Positions 33,749 through 34,388 of a DNA stretch of 34,388 nt are shown here, piece by piece (the first letter of the stretch is position 1; each line of letters opens with the position of its first letter). The stretch spans positions 1 through 34,388 of the forward strand of contig NW_021831726.1 in the NCBI RefSeq assembly GCF_006345805.1, read 5' to 3'. The translations under genes and the position numbers were made by a program. Under the pieces are notes generated by a model that was not told where the DNA came from, searched no databases, and saw only the letters and a program-made list of their open reading frames with translations. This DNA is from Octopus sinensis (lineage: Eukaryota).

Positions 33749-34121
33749 TTTTTAATGTACCAACATTAACATTTAGCGAATAGAGTGTTATGTTAAAACA
33801 GTACACGTATACTTGACAGAGCAAGATATTTTTGCAATCTATCTGATTACAATTAACTTATAAGGCTGATTAAATGATATTATATACCATCTATTTCAAC
33901 TGGGGTTTTTTTTCTTGTAATTCTGAAATCCACTAAGATATGAGTATCATTGCCGCAATTAAAAAATTACGGATTAGTACGGAGATTAGCAGGTATTAGG
34001 AGCTTTTAGCTAATGTGTTAATTATATTCTTAAGATGAATACTGTGCTTGTGTACATGACTGCTTCATGAACTATGCCCCCTCATATAGACACACAGGGG
34101 GGCACACATACACACACATAC

Positions 34122-34154
<33 letters not shown>

Positions 34155-34257
34155 GTGTGTGGTGTGATTGTGTGTGAGTGTATATACATATATGTGTGTG
34201 TGTGTGTGTGTATGTACATATATATATATGTATGTACAAATGTGTATATATATTTTT

Positions 34258-34388
34258 TCTTGGCATCGCTTCGCTGACGAATACCAGGAAGGCTGTTGTC
34301 CACGTTGTCTGCACGCTCATTTGTGGCTGATAAAACCGATGTGGGATCGACATATCCGATTGCAGTGATGACAAGAGTATGGTTCTTC
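34258..34388 (-). mobile_element. 3' end of an RTE-clade LINE (C-terminal zinc-finger region), runs off the window
   Basis: Minus strand EEPYSCHHCNRICRSHIGFISHK*AC fits the RTE ORF2 C..C.R.C.S.IGL.SH motif and ends ...CGAAGCGATGCC-AAGAA. Confidence 0.7.

Overview
AT-rich, microsatellite-dense eukaryotic intronic or intergenic DNA. The repeat content looks like a coleoid cephalopod, most likely Octopus (inferred from the repeats, not proven). No complete gene is present, and almost all ORFs in the supplied track are microsatellite or repeat artefacts. The window is a dense transposon mosaic: several tRNA-derived SINE families with swappable head and tail modules; 3' fragments of CR1, two R4/Dong lineages and RTE LINEs; mariner, Tc1 and Tigger remnants; a non-autonomous Helitron inside a foldback MITE; a Helentron/DINE-like element; and a ~540-bp (TAA)n-targeted repeat in three copies. 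The most interesting signal is a three-copy element made of a tRNA-like Pol III head, a (TAA)n/(CAA)n tract and a minimal type-I hammerhead ribozyme of the Penelope (PLE) kind. One copy directly follows what reads as the C-terminus of a PLE ORF, suggesting a Pol III-promoter-bearing pseudo-LTR or a PLE-mobilised ribozyme SINE. Also notable are a 357-bp locally templated insertion into that element, a 242-bp near-perfect palindrome, an internally inverted Tc1 remnant, an RFX X-box and a few candidate host exons. All alignments, identities and translations were done by eye.
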